Assembly: GCA_041166945.1 (NCBI GenBank)
Contig: JBEEGQ010000219.1
Coordinates: forward strand, 1 to 45,584
Direction of reading: 5' to 3'
DNA: 45,584 bases
Source: Verrucomicrobiota bacterium
GTDB lineage: Bacteria > Verrucomicrobiota > Verrucomicrobiia > Limisphaerales > JADJPG01
The notes beneath the pieces are model-generated. The model had not been told where the DNA came from, searched no databases, and worked only from the letters and a program-made list of their open reading frames with translations. The position numbers were made by a program, and so were the translations under genes. Within the stretch, counting starts at the first letter, position 1; every line of letters begins with the position of its first letter. Shown piece by piece: positions 1 to 9,551 of this stretch.

Positions 1-3
1 TGC

Positions 4-864
4 TTAGGTCCATTCCGTGCTGCTCCAACGTTCGCCGGCGCGCAGCACTCGAAAGGGCTGGCCCAGGCGCGTGGCCGTCGCAATGAATTCGTCCGGGCTG
101 GCGGAGTTGAACTCGAACATTTCGTAATGGCAGGGAATGACGATGCGCGCGCCAATCTCTTTGGCCAGCGTGGCGGCTTCCTCACCATCCAGGTTCCCCG
201 CGACACCGCGTTCCGGCGCATCGCCATTGATGGGCAGCAGCGCCACGTCCACCGACTGGCTGAGCAATCGTTCTGTCTGCCCTTCATACGGACGGGTGTC
301 TCCGGAGTGATAGATTTTCCAGGGGCCGGCCTGGACGATGTACCCCAGGAAGGCATGTTGTCCGCGCGAGTCCGTTGCCAGCTCGTTATGGGCCGCCGGC
401 ACGGCACGGATGTGAAAATGGGCGAGCGCTGTTTCCTGATCGGCCACCAGCCCGATTGGCCAGTCGGCGGAACATTCAAGACGGTTCGCGACGAATTCGC
501 GATTGGCTTCCGGAATGATCAACTGGAGCCGTGGATTGGCGGTCATCAATGGGACCAGTGTGTCTTTATCGAGATGATCGGTGTGATTATGGCTGGAGGT
601 GACGACATCAATGAACGTGAGCCGCTCGGGAGCGATGACGCGGACCGTCATGCGCACATGAGGATTATCGGTTGCCGCATATTTCTGGGTGAGCGAATCC
701 GACAGATAGGGATCGAAGAGCAGATGGCGTCCCTGCCATTGGACGAGAAAGCCGCTTTGGCCGAGCCACCACAGATGAAGATGCTCGGGCAGATCGAACC
801 GGGCCCGCTCGATGTCCTCGAGCAACGCGTCATCCTGGAGCAACGGTCGAATCATGGGGGGCAT
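4..864 (-). CDS. MBL-fold metallo-hydrolase (UlaG-like)
   Basis: WWLGQSGF, FDPYLS, SHNHTDH (HxHxDH), YHSGDT, LLPING and IPCHY motifs; alternative ATG at 855. Confidence 0.85.
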   Translation of the reverse strand: MPPMIRPLLQDDALLEDIERARFDLPEHLHLWWLGQSGFLVQWQGRHLLFDPYLSDSLTQKYAATDNPHVRMTVRVIAPERLTFIDVVTSSHNHTDHLDKDTLVPLMTANPRLQLIIPEANREFVANRLECSADWPIGLVADQETALAHFHIRAVPAAHNELATDSRGQHAFLGYIVQAGPWKIYHSGDTRPYEGQTERLLSQSVDVALLPINGDAPERGVAGNLDGEEAATLAKEIGARIVIPCHYEMFEFNSASPDEFIATATRLGQPFRVLRAGERWSSTEWT

Positions 865-921
865 TCGTATCGCAAAGCCGGAGGCGACGCCAAGGCCAAA
901 GCTTTCAGTGCCCCGTCTTCT

Positions 922-1076
922 GTTCGGTGTCCACCCTTTAGGGAGTCAGAACCCGGCTGCACGCAATGCAAGACACCCTAAAGGGTGGACACCCAACGGG
1001 GAAATGGCCGTGGTGCGTCCAATGCAAGGCACCCTAAAGGGTGGACACCGAGCGGGGGAATGGGCGTCGTGCGTCC
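922..1076. repeat. REP/BIME-like cluster, family 1 (GGTGTC-CACCC-TTTA-GGGTG): three palindromic units
   Basis: Inverted copy 922-947; direct copies 972-997 and 1028-1053 lie inside two 56-bp tandem units (965-1020, 1021-1076); intergenic between queG and the MBL gene. Confidence 0.85.
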
Positions 1077-1105
1077 ACCTTGAGAAGATTTTTCGTCCGA
1101 AGGGT

Positions 1106-2194
1106 TTATTCCAACCCGGTGCGTTGGAGCGGTGCTGGTTTCCGCAGGCGTTCCTCGATTTGATCGATGGCCCAACGGGCATGTTCCGCGATGAGCGGCT
1201 CGGGATCGCCGGACGCTTTCGCCAGAAGTGGAAGCGCGCTTGCATCGGCGGAGTTGCCGAGGGCGACACAGACATTCCTGAGAAAGCCGCGGCGTTTGGT
1301 TCGGAGGATGGGAGTGCCGGCGAAGCGTTGTCGGAACGCAATCGGATCGAGCGCGAGGAGGTCCATCAAATCCGGCTGGGACAAATCCGCGCGGGCATGG
1401 GGCTGCATCAGGCGCGCCTCCCGGGCGAACCGGTTCCAGGGACAGGCTTCAAGACAATCGTCGCAACCATAGATCCGGGTGCCGACGAGAGAGCGCAATT
1501 CGACGGGCATGCTCCCTTTCAGTTCGATGGTGAGATAGGAGATGCAGCGGCGCGCGTCGAGTTGGAAGGGTGCGGTGATCGCCGCGGTGGGACAGGCGGT
1601 GATGCAGCGCGCGCAGGTGCCGCAGCGGTTTTTCTCGGCGACGTCGGGCTCCAATTCCAGCGTGGTAATAATCTCCGCCAGGAAAAACCAGTTGCCCAGC
1701 GTGCGGCTGATCAAGTTGGTGTGTTTGCCGACGAAACCGATCCCCGCGCGCTGCGCCAAGTCGCGTTCGAGGAACGGGCCGGTGTCGACATACCAAAGCG
1801 AACGGGTGCCGGGCCCGCCGAGTTCATCCATGAAATCCGCCAGTTGCCGGAGCGGCGCGGCCAGCACGTCGTGGTAATCCGCGAAGCGCGCATAACGGGA
1901 GATGATGCCATGCGCTGCGGGACCGCGCGGGCTCACTTCGATGCCGGCTGACGTGGATCGATCCCTTGGTTGCGCGTAGGAGACGGCGAGCGTCACGATG
2001 CTGCGGGCGCGGTCCAAAATCCGCTGCGGCTCGACGCGCTTCGGCGCATTCCTCGAAAGGTAGGTCATCTCGCCGTGGCATCCCTCCCCGAGCCATCGTT
2101 CGAAATGCGGCGCCGTGGCCGGCGGATCGGCACTGGTGATGCGGCAGGCATCGAAGCCCAGTTCGTGGGCGCGTTGCGCGACACGGGTTTTCAC
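1106..2194 (-). CDS. queG: tRNA epoxyqueuosine(34) reductase
   Basis: ELGFD..RI, ISRYA...DYH, YVDTGPFLER, CGTCARCITACPT and GCDDCLEACPWN Fe-S motifs, C-terminal HEAT-like segment; GTG start at 2194 overlaps the aroK stop (GTGA). Confidence 0.92.
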   Translation of the reverse strand: MKTRVAQRAHELGFDACRITSADPPATAPHFERWLGEGCHGEMTYLSRNAPKRVEPQRILDRARSIVTLAVSYAQPRDRSTSAGIEVSPRGPAAHGIISRYARFADYHDVLAAPLRQLADFMDELGGPGTRSLWYVDTGPFLERDLAQRAGIGFVGKHTNLISRTLGNWFFLAEIITTLELEPDVAEKNRCGTCARCITACPTAAITAPFQLDARRCISYLTIELKGSMPVELRSLVGTRIYGCDDCLEACPWNRFAREARLMQPHARADLSQPDLMDLLALDPIAFRQRFAGTPILRTKRRGFLRNVCVALGNSADASALPLLAKASGDPEPLIAEHARWAIDQIEERLRKPAPLQRTGLE

Positions 2195-2769
2195 GAAGCG
2201 GGTGTTGGAGGGGAGGCTGGCGATGGCGCGACGAAGGGTTGTGCTCGCGCCATTTTGAACTGGTGCAAAACGTGTTCGGCGACTTCGCGCAGGTTTCGAG
2301 ATTCGGTATTCACCAGGACATCGGCCTGTTTGTAAAAAGGACTGCGCTCGGCGAGCAGGTCGCGGATGGTGGCCAAAGGATCGGGGCCTTGCAGGAGCGG
2401 CCGGTGCGATTGATGACGCAATCGCTGCCAGAGACCATCCGCCGAAGCCCACAGGCATACGACAAGGGCATGCTGCTTGAGGCTGGCGAGATTCGCGGCG
2501 TTCGCGGCCAGGCCGCCGCCGGTGGAAATGACTTTCCGGCGCCAGTCGATCATCTCGGCGACGAGCTGGCGTTCCATGGCGCGGAAGGCCGCCTCGCCCT
2601 GTTCGGCAAAAATCTCGGGAATCGATTTGCCGGCGCGCTGCTCGATGAGATGGTCGGTGTCCGCCAGTTCAAAATGCAAACCGGCGGCGGCCAGTCGTCC
2701 GACGGACGACTTGCCGGTGCCCATGAACCCGATGAGCGCCAGGTTATGAATTTGTCGGGGCCCGGTCAT
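2191..2769 (-). CDS. aroK: Shikimate kinase
   Basis: LIGFMGTGKS P-loop, DTD, GEAAFR, STGGG, RPLL; ATG at 2769. Confidence 0.93.
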   Translation of the reverse strand: MTGPRQIHNLALIGFMGTGKSSVGRLAAAGLHFELADTDHLIEQRAGKSIPEIFAEQGEAAFRAMERQLVAEMIDWRRKVISTGGGLAANAANLASLKQHALVVCLWASADGLWQRLRHQSHRPLLQGPDPLATIRDLLAERSPFYKQADVLVNTESRNLREVAEHVLHQFKMARAQPFVAPSPASPPTPAS

Positions 2770-2815
2770 GGCCTTGACTGTGTTCCATTCGGCCCGGAGA
2801 AGCGAGCCGGGAACG

Positions 2816-3781
2816 CTACGCCCAGGTGACTTCGCCTTTGGCTTCACCCAGGATGATGCCTTGAAGGAAGCGGACTCCCTTTTCCAACCCTTCGCGAGCG
2901 GTCATGAGACTGTCTTCATGCTCCATCGAAAGGACGCCATCGTACCCGGTCATGCGGAGGGCGCTGACGAAGTTGCACCAGAAATGCCGCGGATGTCCGT
3001 AACCGACCGTGCGAAAGATCCAGGCGCGGTTCAATTCATCGCGATAATGTTTGGTGTCGAGCGTTCCATTGATGCGGGCGTTCCATTCGTGAATGGCGGT
3101 GTCCTTGGCGTGGACGTGCCAGATGCAGCCTTTCAAAGCGCGGACGGCGGCGGCGGGATCGATCCCCTGCCAGAAAAGATGGGAGGGATCGAAGTTGGCG
3201 CCGATGGCCGGTCCGGCAGCCGCACGCAGTCGGAGGAGCGTTTCGGGATTGTAAACGACGAAGCCGGGATGCATCTCGAGCCCAATCTTACGGATGCCCT
3301 CGCGACGCGCGAACGCCACCGCCTTGCGCCAGTAAGGGATCACCACACGGTTCCATTGATAATCGAGGATCTCGGCATAGTCGGGCGGCCAGGGGCATGT
3401 GACCCAGTTGGGCGACCGATCGCCAGGCGCGCCACCCGGGCAGCCGCTGAAATTGATGACGACATCGATCTCCAGCTTGTGGGCGAGCCGGATGACTTTT
3501 CGAAAGTCCGCGTCGAAGGTGGCGGCGCGTTTGCGTTGGGGATGAAGCGGGTTGCCCGCGGCATTCAACGCGGAAATCCGGAGCCCGCGGGAAGTCACGG
3601 CTTTGAGAAGTTCGCGGCACTTGCGATCGCTGGCGAGGAGCGCCTCGAGGGGGCAATGGGGGGACCGCGCGTAACCGCCCGCGCCGAGTTCGATGGCCTG
3701 GACACCGAGGCCGGCGAGATAGTCGAGGGTTTGTTCGATCGACAGCTGGCCGAGGATCACGGAAAAGACGCCGACGTTCAT
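2816..3781 (-). CDS. Sugar phosphate isomerase/epimerase family TIM-barrel protein (AP_endonuc_2/IolE-like)
   Basis: GNPLHP, LEMHPG, NFDPSH, HVHAKD and SMEHED metal-ligand motifs; ATG at 3781 (MNVGVF). Confidence 0.85.
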   Translation of the reverse strand: MNVGVFSVILGQLSIEQTLDYLAGLGVQAIELGAGGYARSPHCPLEALLASDRKCRELLKAVTSRGLRISALNAAGNPLHPQRKRAATFDADFRKVIRLAHKLEIDVVINFSGCPGGAPGDRSPNWVTCPWPPDYAEILDYQWNRVVIPYWRKAVAFARREGIRKIGLEMHPGFVVYNPETLLRLRAAAGPAIGANFDPSHLFWQGIDPAAAVRALKGCIWHVHAKDTAIHEWNARINGTLDTKHYRDELNRAWIFRTVGYGHPRHFWCNFVSALRMTGYDGVLSMEHEDSLMTAREGLEKGVRFLQGIILGEAKGEVTWA

Positions 3782-3934
3782 TCCCGGGGGATAACCGAAA
3801 GCGGAGACGCGACAAAGCGAATTTGCGCGGTGCTCGAGTAGTTTTTTTGCAACACGCAACGGTTATCGGACGAATCCAGTTGATTTCCAATTCCTGCGCC
3901 GGTAAACCCCTCGCGGACTTTGTCCGAACAAGAT

Positions 3935-4966
3935 ATGGCCCAAACCATTTATCATCCCAGCGTGGAAGGAGCGCAGCATGGCGCCAAGAATTTGGCTGAT
4001 TTTCTGGCCTATGCCAAAAAATCCGGCGCAGAAGGGGCCCAGCCGTCGAACTACATGCTGCAGGCCGGCGCGGGTTTCAAAAGCGCCAGGGAAATCAAAC
4101 AATCCTTTGAGAACGCCCGGTTGAAGCTCGACGGCATCTCCGCTCATTGCCCGTTCTGGGTGCAGACGAGCGCCTGGACCGGCACTCCGGGCATCCGACC
4201 GTTCGTCCCGGCGGATGTCGCGGGTCAACCCTCCGAAAAAATCGAAAAGTGGGCGGAGGATTATCTCTTGCGGCTTTTGGATTTGTGCGCCGAATTGGGG
4301 GTAAAAATCGTCCCGATGTTCTGGGGAGTTGCATTTGGCTGGGAGCTGGCAGGCGGTTATCCGTGGGGATTCTGGGCCGGGCCCGGCTACGACCAACTCC
4401 GGGAAGGCTCCGAACGATTCGTGAAAAAGACGGCGAAAGTCCGCGCGCACGCCGGCAAGCTGGGCATTTATTTGTGCCACGAAATCCATCCCGGCACGGC
4501 GGCAATGTGTGCGGATGATTTCAATCTGCTCGTGAAGATCTGTGATGGCGACAAATGCCTCGGGGTCAATGCGGATCCGTCCCATTGCTGGGAGGGCGAG
4601 GACTGGGAGACGCGTTTTCGCAAAGTGGGCGAACGGGTTCATGCCTGTCACGTGAAGAACTTCGTGATACGTCCCGGCATCCCCCTGCGCAAAATGGCTC
4701 CCGACTGGCCGGATCGCGCCATGCAGTTCACGGATCTCCCGACGGGCGATCTCAACCTGGCGCGGTATGTGGAGATGCTGATCCAGATCGGGTATCCCAA
4801 GCGTTATTGCGAGGCGATGGGGACGAAGAGCGCCCCCCTTATCGTCGAGGCTGAAAGCGCTTTTCGCGATCTGGATGCCACGAGCGCCAATGGGATTGCC
4901 TACGTCCGCGATCACCTTTGCTTCCCGGTGGCAGCGGGCTCGTTTGAAGAGGGCATGGGCGCCTAA
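3935..4966 (+). CDS. Sugar phosphate isomerase/epimerase family TIM-barrel protein
   Basis: HEIHPG, NADPSH, HACHVK and VEAE motifs; ATG at 3935. Confidence 0.8.
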   Translation: MAQTIYHPSVEGAQHGAKNLADFLAYAKKSGAEGAQPSNYMLQAGAGFKSAREIKQSFENARLKLDGISAHCPFWVQTSAWTGTPGIRPFVPADVAGQPSEKIEKWAEDYLLRLLDLCAELGVKIVPMFWGVAFGWELAGGYPWGFWAGPGYDQLREGSERFVKKTAKVRAHAGKLGIYLCHEIHPGTAAMCADDFNLLVKICDGDKCLGVNADPSHCWEGEDWETRFRKVGERVHACHVKNFVIRPGIPLRKMAPDWPDRAMQFTDLPTGDLNLARYVEMLIQIGYPKRYCEAMGTKSAPLIVEAESAFRDLDATSANGIAYVRDHLCFPVAAGSFEEGMGA

Positions 4967-5088
4967 CAAGATCCGCAGCTTTTTCTGCCCCCGGGCCAGG
5001 CGCCCCGGCGTGGGTACCGGACTTCCCCGATGGGTCGTACCGTGCGCGGCTCCATTGGCCGCGCGAGGTCTGACTTCTACAGTGGGCG

Positions 5089-5778
5089 GTGAAGAAAGTT
5101 TCCATTCTGCTCCTGCGCGGCATTGTCGTGCTGGGCGTGGGTCTCTGCTCGGCGTATCTCCTGACCAACTGGCTTCGCCAGACCTCCTGGTACAAGGAAC
5201 GGCTTTATCATGTTCTCGTCATGGGCGACAAACACCAGAAGTTGCGGGCCGCCAGCGTGCTGGCCGAGGTGGGCGCCGAGGATCAATTGCTCCGGGCGTT
5301 GAAACAGGAGGATGTGGCGACGCACGAGATGGCGCGGCGCGCCGTGGAGCATGTCTGGTTCAACGCCGCTGGACGCGAGGCCTACGAATGGATGCAGGCC
5401 GCTTACGGCATCGAGGAAAAAGGGGAATATGCACGCGCGCTCGAAGCGCTCGATCGGCTGGTTGGAAAGTATCCATCCTACGCCGAAGGGTGGAACCGCC
5501 GCGCTTCGGTGTTCTGGCAGATGGGCGACTTCAGGAAATCGATGCTCGACTGCGAGCGCGCCCTGCGGCTCAACCCAAACCATTACGGCGCCCTGCAGGG
5601 AAAGGGGATCTGCCTGCTGAAGCTCGGCGAACTTTCTGAAGCCTGCGATGCCCTTCGCAGCGCGCTCAAGATCTCTCCGCACGATCCGATGACGCGGGAT
5701 TCCCTGAAAAAATGCGAGGAGCTGCTCCGGTCCTGTCCCTCGGATGACAAGTCCGAGAAACGCTCGGACCTGATTTGA
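5089..5778 (+). CDS. Membrane-anchored HEAT-like/TPR repeat protein
   Basis: N-terminal hydrophobic anchor; LRAASVLAEVG HEAT-like segment; TPR consensus YAEGWNRRA...ALRLNPNHYGALQGKG...ALKISPH; GTG start. Confidence 0.75.
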   Translation: MKKVSILLLRGIVVLGVGLCSAYLLTNWLRQTSWYKERLYHVLVMGDKHQKLRAASVLAEVGAEDQLLRALKQEDVATHEMARRAVEHVWFNAAGREAYEWMQAAYGIEEKGEYARALEALDRLVGKYPSYAEGWNRRASVFWQMGDFRKSMLDCERALRLNPNHYGALQGKGICLLKLGELSEACDALRSALKISPHDPMTRDSLKKCEELLRSCPSDDKSEKRSDLI

Positions 5779-5865
5779 CCCGCTGCTTGCAGCGCTTAAT
5801 CGCTGCGAGAGCGGCCGCCTTATTTCCTTCGCTGGCGCTGGTCTTTTCCCCATCATCCGATCGTC

Positions 5866-7176
5866 ATGAAGTGCGATGGATGCGCAATCGAATCAACGCG
5901 CGAGGAGTTTTTTAAAACCGCGAGGCGCTCGTTTCGGCGGAAACTTTTGCGGTTTTGCCCCGTATGCCACATCCGCCACGAGGAGGGCGTGCATCGGGCG
6001 GCTTTTTGGCTGGGCGTCGGGATGCCGATTTTTGCGATCGTCATGACGTCGATTTCGCCGGGAACCATGATCGGTCCTCTGATGTGGAACGTGGCGTTGT
6101 TCCAAATCGTGCTGGTGTTTTCCACGCTGGCCCACGAAGTGGGCCACGCACTGGCCGCCCGCCTGGCAGGGTTTTACGTGTCCCACATCGAAGTGGGCCT
6201 TGGCAGAAAATTCCTCGAATTCCGGCTCTGGGGCTTTCGATGGTTATTCCGCGCCGTGCCAGTGGGCGGCATGGCGCACGCAGCGCCGCGGGATGCCCGT
6301 TGGTGGCGACTGCGAATGACCCTGTTCATCCTGGGCGGCCCCGCGGCGAATGTTCTGCTCATCATCGGAGCGTGGATCTTCGCCACGTTCCGCGATGCCC
6401 CGCCAAGCGGAATGTTGCACGACATCGCACCCGTCACCGTGGTGGTCCTGGCAAATGCGCCTCTTCTCATCTACAGCCTCTGGCCTCATGAGGCGCGAAG
6501 CAGCCGCGGCAACCTGGCGAATGACGGCTTGTTAATTTGGCGGACCTGGCATTTGAAACGGGACGACATCGCAGGATCGCTCGTCGCGGTGGTACTCTAT
6601 GAGGTGCAGGAACTCCGACATCAGGGAAAACTGGATGCAGCCGATGCGTGCCTCGATCGGGGGCTTCAGCGTTTTCCCAGCCATCCCACACTCGAAACTC
6701 TGCGAGGCATTCTCCTTTTCGATCGGGGCCTTGCCGAGGATTCACGCCGCATTTGGATTCGGCTGCTGGGGCGTTACTCGGGTGATGAGCAGGTGCGTTT
6801 TGCGATGTTTAACAACATCGCTTATGCGGACATCCTCATCGGCGATCCGGATTTGCTGTGGGAGGCGGATGCGGGTTCGCGTCTCGCGCTCGAACGTCAG
6901 CCCTGGATGGCAGCTTTTAAAGGCACCCGCGGGATGGTCCTGGTCGAGTTGGGAGATCTGGATGCGGGATTAAAACTGCTCCACGAGGCGTTTCACGAGC
7001 AAGATGACAAAAAAAACCAGGCGCTGGACGCCTGTTATATCGGCATCGCCCATTCCCGCGGGGGGGATGCCGAGCAATGCCGCAGTTTCTTCGCCCTGGC
7101 GCGCCGGCTGGATCCTGGATGCTGCGTGCTGGCGCGCGAGCCGCGGTTGTCTGCGAGCGCGGTCAAACTTGTTTGA
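5866..7176 (+). CDS. Site-2 protease (M50) with N-terminal CxxC/CxxC module and C-terminal TPR repeats
   Basis: HEVGH zinc motif in a TM helix, FRAVPVGG, LGGPAAN and NDG third-ligand motif; TPR-like C-terminal half. Confidence 0.8.
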   Translation: MKCDGCAIESTREEFFKTARRSFRRKLLRFCPVCHIRHEEGVHRAAFWLGVGMPIFAIVMTSISPGTMIGPLMWNVALFQIVLVFSTLAHEVGHALAARLAGFYVSHIEVGLGRKFLEFRLWGFRWLFRAVPVGGMAHAAPRDARWWRLRMTLFILGGPAANVLLIIGAWIFATFRDAPPSGMLHDIAPVTVVVLANAPLLIYSLWPHEARSSRGNLANDGLLIWRTWHLKRDDIAGSLVAVVLYEVQELRHQGKLDAADACLDRGLQRFPSHPTLETLRGILLFDRGLAEDSRRIWIRLLGRYSGDEQVRFAMFNNIAYADILIGDPDLLWEADAGSRLALERQPWMAAFKGTRGMVLVELGDLDAGLKLLHEAFHEQDDKKNQALDACYIGIAHSRGGDAEQCRSFFALARRLDPGCCVLAREPRLSASAVKLV

Positions 7177-7207
7177 ACGGATTTTCCCACGCTGTTAGCG
7201 TCGCGAC

Positions 7208-8173
7208 ATGAGAATTCTCTCCGGCATCCAACCCAGCGGGGCCCTGCACCTGGGCAATTATTTCGGGATGATGCGCCCCGCCATCGAATTGCAGGAGCAG
7301 GGCGAGGCTTTTTATTTCATCGCCGATTATCATTCGATGACCTCGCTCTTCGATGGTGTGGAGCGGCGGAAAAATACGCTGGATGTGGCGCTCGATTTTC
7401 TCGCCTGCGGTCTTGATCCGAAGAAAAGCGTCTTTTGGCGGCAGTCCGACCTGCCCGAGGTCACCGAGTTAACCTGGCTGTTGACGACGGTGACACCGAT
7501 GAGCCTCCTGGAGAAATGCACGTCGTACAAGGACAAGATCGCGCATGGGATTTCGCCCAATCACGGCCTGTTCAACTACCCGGTCCTCATGGCGGCGGAC
7601 ATCCTGATATTCGACTCGAACATTGTGCCGGTCGGCCGGGATCAGAAACAGCACGTGGAAGTCACCCGCGACATCGCCGTGAAGTTCAACGAGCTCTATG
7701 GACCCACCTTCCTGTTGCCGCTCCCGCAGATTCGCGAGGAGACGGCGGCGGTTCCGGGCACGGACGGCCAAAAGATGAGCAAAAGTTACGGCAACACGAT
7801 TGAGATTTTCGGCGACGAGAAAGCAATTCGGAAAAAAATCATGGCGCTCGTGATGGACAGCCGATCGCCCCAGGAGCCGAAGCCGGACGCCGCGAACAAT
7901 CTCGCTATCAAGCTGTTGAAACTGGTGGCGCCGGCGGACGTGGCGGCCGATTTTGAGGAGCGCCTGCGCGCGGGCGGCCTTGGCTACGGCGATCTAAAGA
8001 AGGCGTTGTTCGAGCATTACTGGACTTATTTTGCCCCGGCTCGAGCGCGGCGGGCGGAGCTGGCGGCAAACATGGACCACGTGCAATCGGTGCTAAACGA
8101 CGGCGCGACGCGGGCCCGGGTGATTGCGAAGACGGTCCTGCAGCGTGCGAGGAAGGCGTGCGGCCTGGAATGA
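7208..8173 (+). CDS. trpS: Tryptophan--tRNA ligase
   Basis: SGIQPSG, HLGN (HIGH), YPVLMAADIL, VPVGRDQKQH, KMSKS. Confidence 0.97.
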   Translation: MRILSGIQPSGALHLGNYFGMMRPAIELQEQGEAFYFIADYHSMTSLFDGVERRKNTLDVALDFLACGLDPKKSVFWRQSDLPEVTELTWLLTTVTPMSLLEKCTSYKDKIAHGISPNHGLFNYPVLMAADILIFDSNIVPVGRDQKQHVEVTRDIAVKFNELYGPTFLLPLPQIREETAAVPGTDGQKMSKSYGNTIEIFGDEKAIRKKIMALVMDSRSPQEPKPDAANNLAIKLLKLVAPADVAADFEERLRAGGLGYGDLKKALFEHYWTYFAPARARRAELAANMDHVQSVLNDGATRARVIAKTVLQRARKACGLE

Positions 8174-8178
8174 TTCGG

Positions 8179-9447
8179 TTAGGCGATTGTCCGCTTCGCT
8201 GCCAACAAGGCTGCTTCGTCGCGCACCAATGAATTCCAGGCAGCCAGTCCGGTGAACAGCGCCAGGACTGCGACGCCGACGTAAGGCCAGGCTGGATGCC
8301 GGTCGTAGAGAAATCCGGCCAGCGGCGGACCGATCACGCGCGCGAGACTTCCTGCACTTTGCGCCACTCCGATGGTGGCGCCCTGCTCGTGCGACGGCGT
8401 CAGGATGGAGAGGAGCCCGAACAGGGGGGGCCGGGTCAACCCGGAGCCGACGGCCAGCCAGCCGACGAAGAACAAAAGGAGCCACCATGGCAATCCCGCC
8501 GCGCTGAGCAGCACACCCCATCCGAGACGGGCGTCGCCATGGATGAACGGCAAGGGCGCCATGCTGAGCCCAAAGATGATCAAACTTCCTGCGATGAGAC
8601 GGGGTTCGCCCAATTGTTTGACCATCCGTCCGATGGGGCCGGCCTGCACGAAGGCGCCAATGATGCCCGCGAAGCAAAAGAGCACCGCGTTGGCCTTCGA
8701 CGAATCGTCATGGTTCAATTTGAAATCCTGCTGGATGAGCAAGCCGAGAGTGCTCTCGAAACAGGTAAAACCGAATGTCGCCAGGAAGAACGTCAGGACG
8801 AGAAAACCGATTTTTGGCTGGGCGATGGTGTGTTTGAACTGTTGCCAGCGGGCGCGCCGTGTCGCGGCCAGCGCCCCGGGCTTCCAGCTTTCCGGCAGGC
8901 GCACCAGCGCCGCGATGAAATTCGCCGCGCAGATCGCGCACGCCACCCATCCCGGTCCTGTTGGCCCCAGTTTCCATTGAGATATCACCGCCAGGGCGGG
9001 CCCGATGATGAATCCCATTCCGAACGCCATGCCGATCAGCCCCATTTTTTTCGAGCGTTCCTCAGGGGTGGTGATGTCGGCGATGTAAGCCTGCGCCACG
9101 GTGATGTTGGCGCCGCAGATCCCTCCGAACGAACGCGCCAGTAAAATCATGCCCAGCGCGGCCGGCCCCTGCATGCCCGAGGCGATGGCAAAAATGCCGT
9201 AGGAAATCGTGCTGCCCGCCAAGCTCACCAAAAGCACCGGACGCCGCCCCACCCTGTCGGACCAGGCGCCCCACAGCGGTGCAAAAAGCAGCTGCATCAG
9301 CGAATACGAAGCCATCAGCAGGCCCACTTGAAATCCCGATGCTCCAAACTTGTTCGAGTAGGTCGGCAGCAATGGCAGCACGATTCCAAAACCGATCAAA
9401 TCGATGAAGACCGTGAAAAAAATAATGACGAGCGAGGGCTTTCTCAT
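8179..9447 (-). CDS. MFS transporter, TetA/DHA1-like drug:H+ antiporter
   Basis: FIDLIGFGIVLPLLP, GAWSDRVGRRPVLL (motif A), AYIADIT..EER, GFIIGPAL; about 12 TM segments. Confidence 0.9.
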   Translation of the reverse strand: MRKPSLVIIFFTVFIDLIGFGIVLPLLPTYSNKFGASGFQVGLLMASYSLMQLLFAPLWGAWSDRVGRRPVLLVSLAGSTISYGIFAIASGMQGPAALGMILLARSFGGICGANITVAQAYIADITTPEERSKKMGLIGMAFGMGFIIGPALAVISQWKLGPTGPGWVACAICAANFIAALVRLPESWKPGALAATRRARWQQFKHTIAQPKIGFLVLTFFLATFGFTCFESTLGLLIQQDFKLNHDDSSKANAVLFCFAGIIGAFVQAGPIGRMVKQLGEPRLIAGSLIIFGLSMAPLPFIHGDARLGWGVLLSAAGLPWWLLLFFVGWLAVGSGLTRPPLFGLLSILTPSHEQGATIGVAQSAGSLARVIGPPLAGFLYDRHPAWPYVGVAVLALFTGLAAWNSLVRDEAALLAAKRTIA

Positions 9448-9551
9448 TGCGGATGGTAATCAGCGGGAATCAAACGCGGAGTGGCCCCGGTTCCGCGTCA
9501 TTGCGCGGACCGTCACGGCGCCCGGGGACAACAATCAACAGCATGACGCGG

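Noticed and set aside
965-1076. Repeats at 965-1076 and 33472-33630 as a CRISPR array
   Set aside because: Only 2-4 units, the 'spacers' are near-identical to each other, orientations alternate and no cas genes are present; REP/BIME fits better
127-1951. Long antisense ORFs (e.g. 127-981, 812-1951, 2768-3841, 3863-4969, 15691-16614, 21653-22600, 37155-38261, 39378-40475)
   Set aside because: They shadow well-supported genes on the opposite strand, as expected in GC-rich DNA, and show no recognisable motifs
2195-2458. N-terminal extension of queG in the ORF track
   Set aside because: It overlaps aroK in another frame; a GTGA-coupled start at 2194 matches where QueG homology begins
5956-5970. 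CPVCH in the M50 protease as a c-type heme site
   Set aside because: It lies before the first TM with no export signal and pairs with an upstream CDGC, so a Zn ribbon is more plausible
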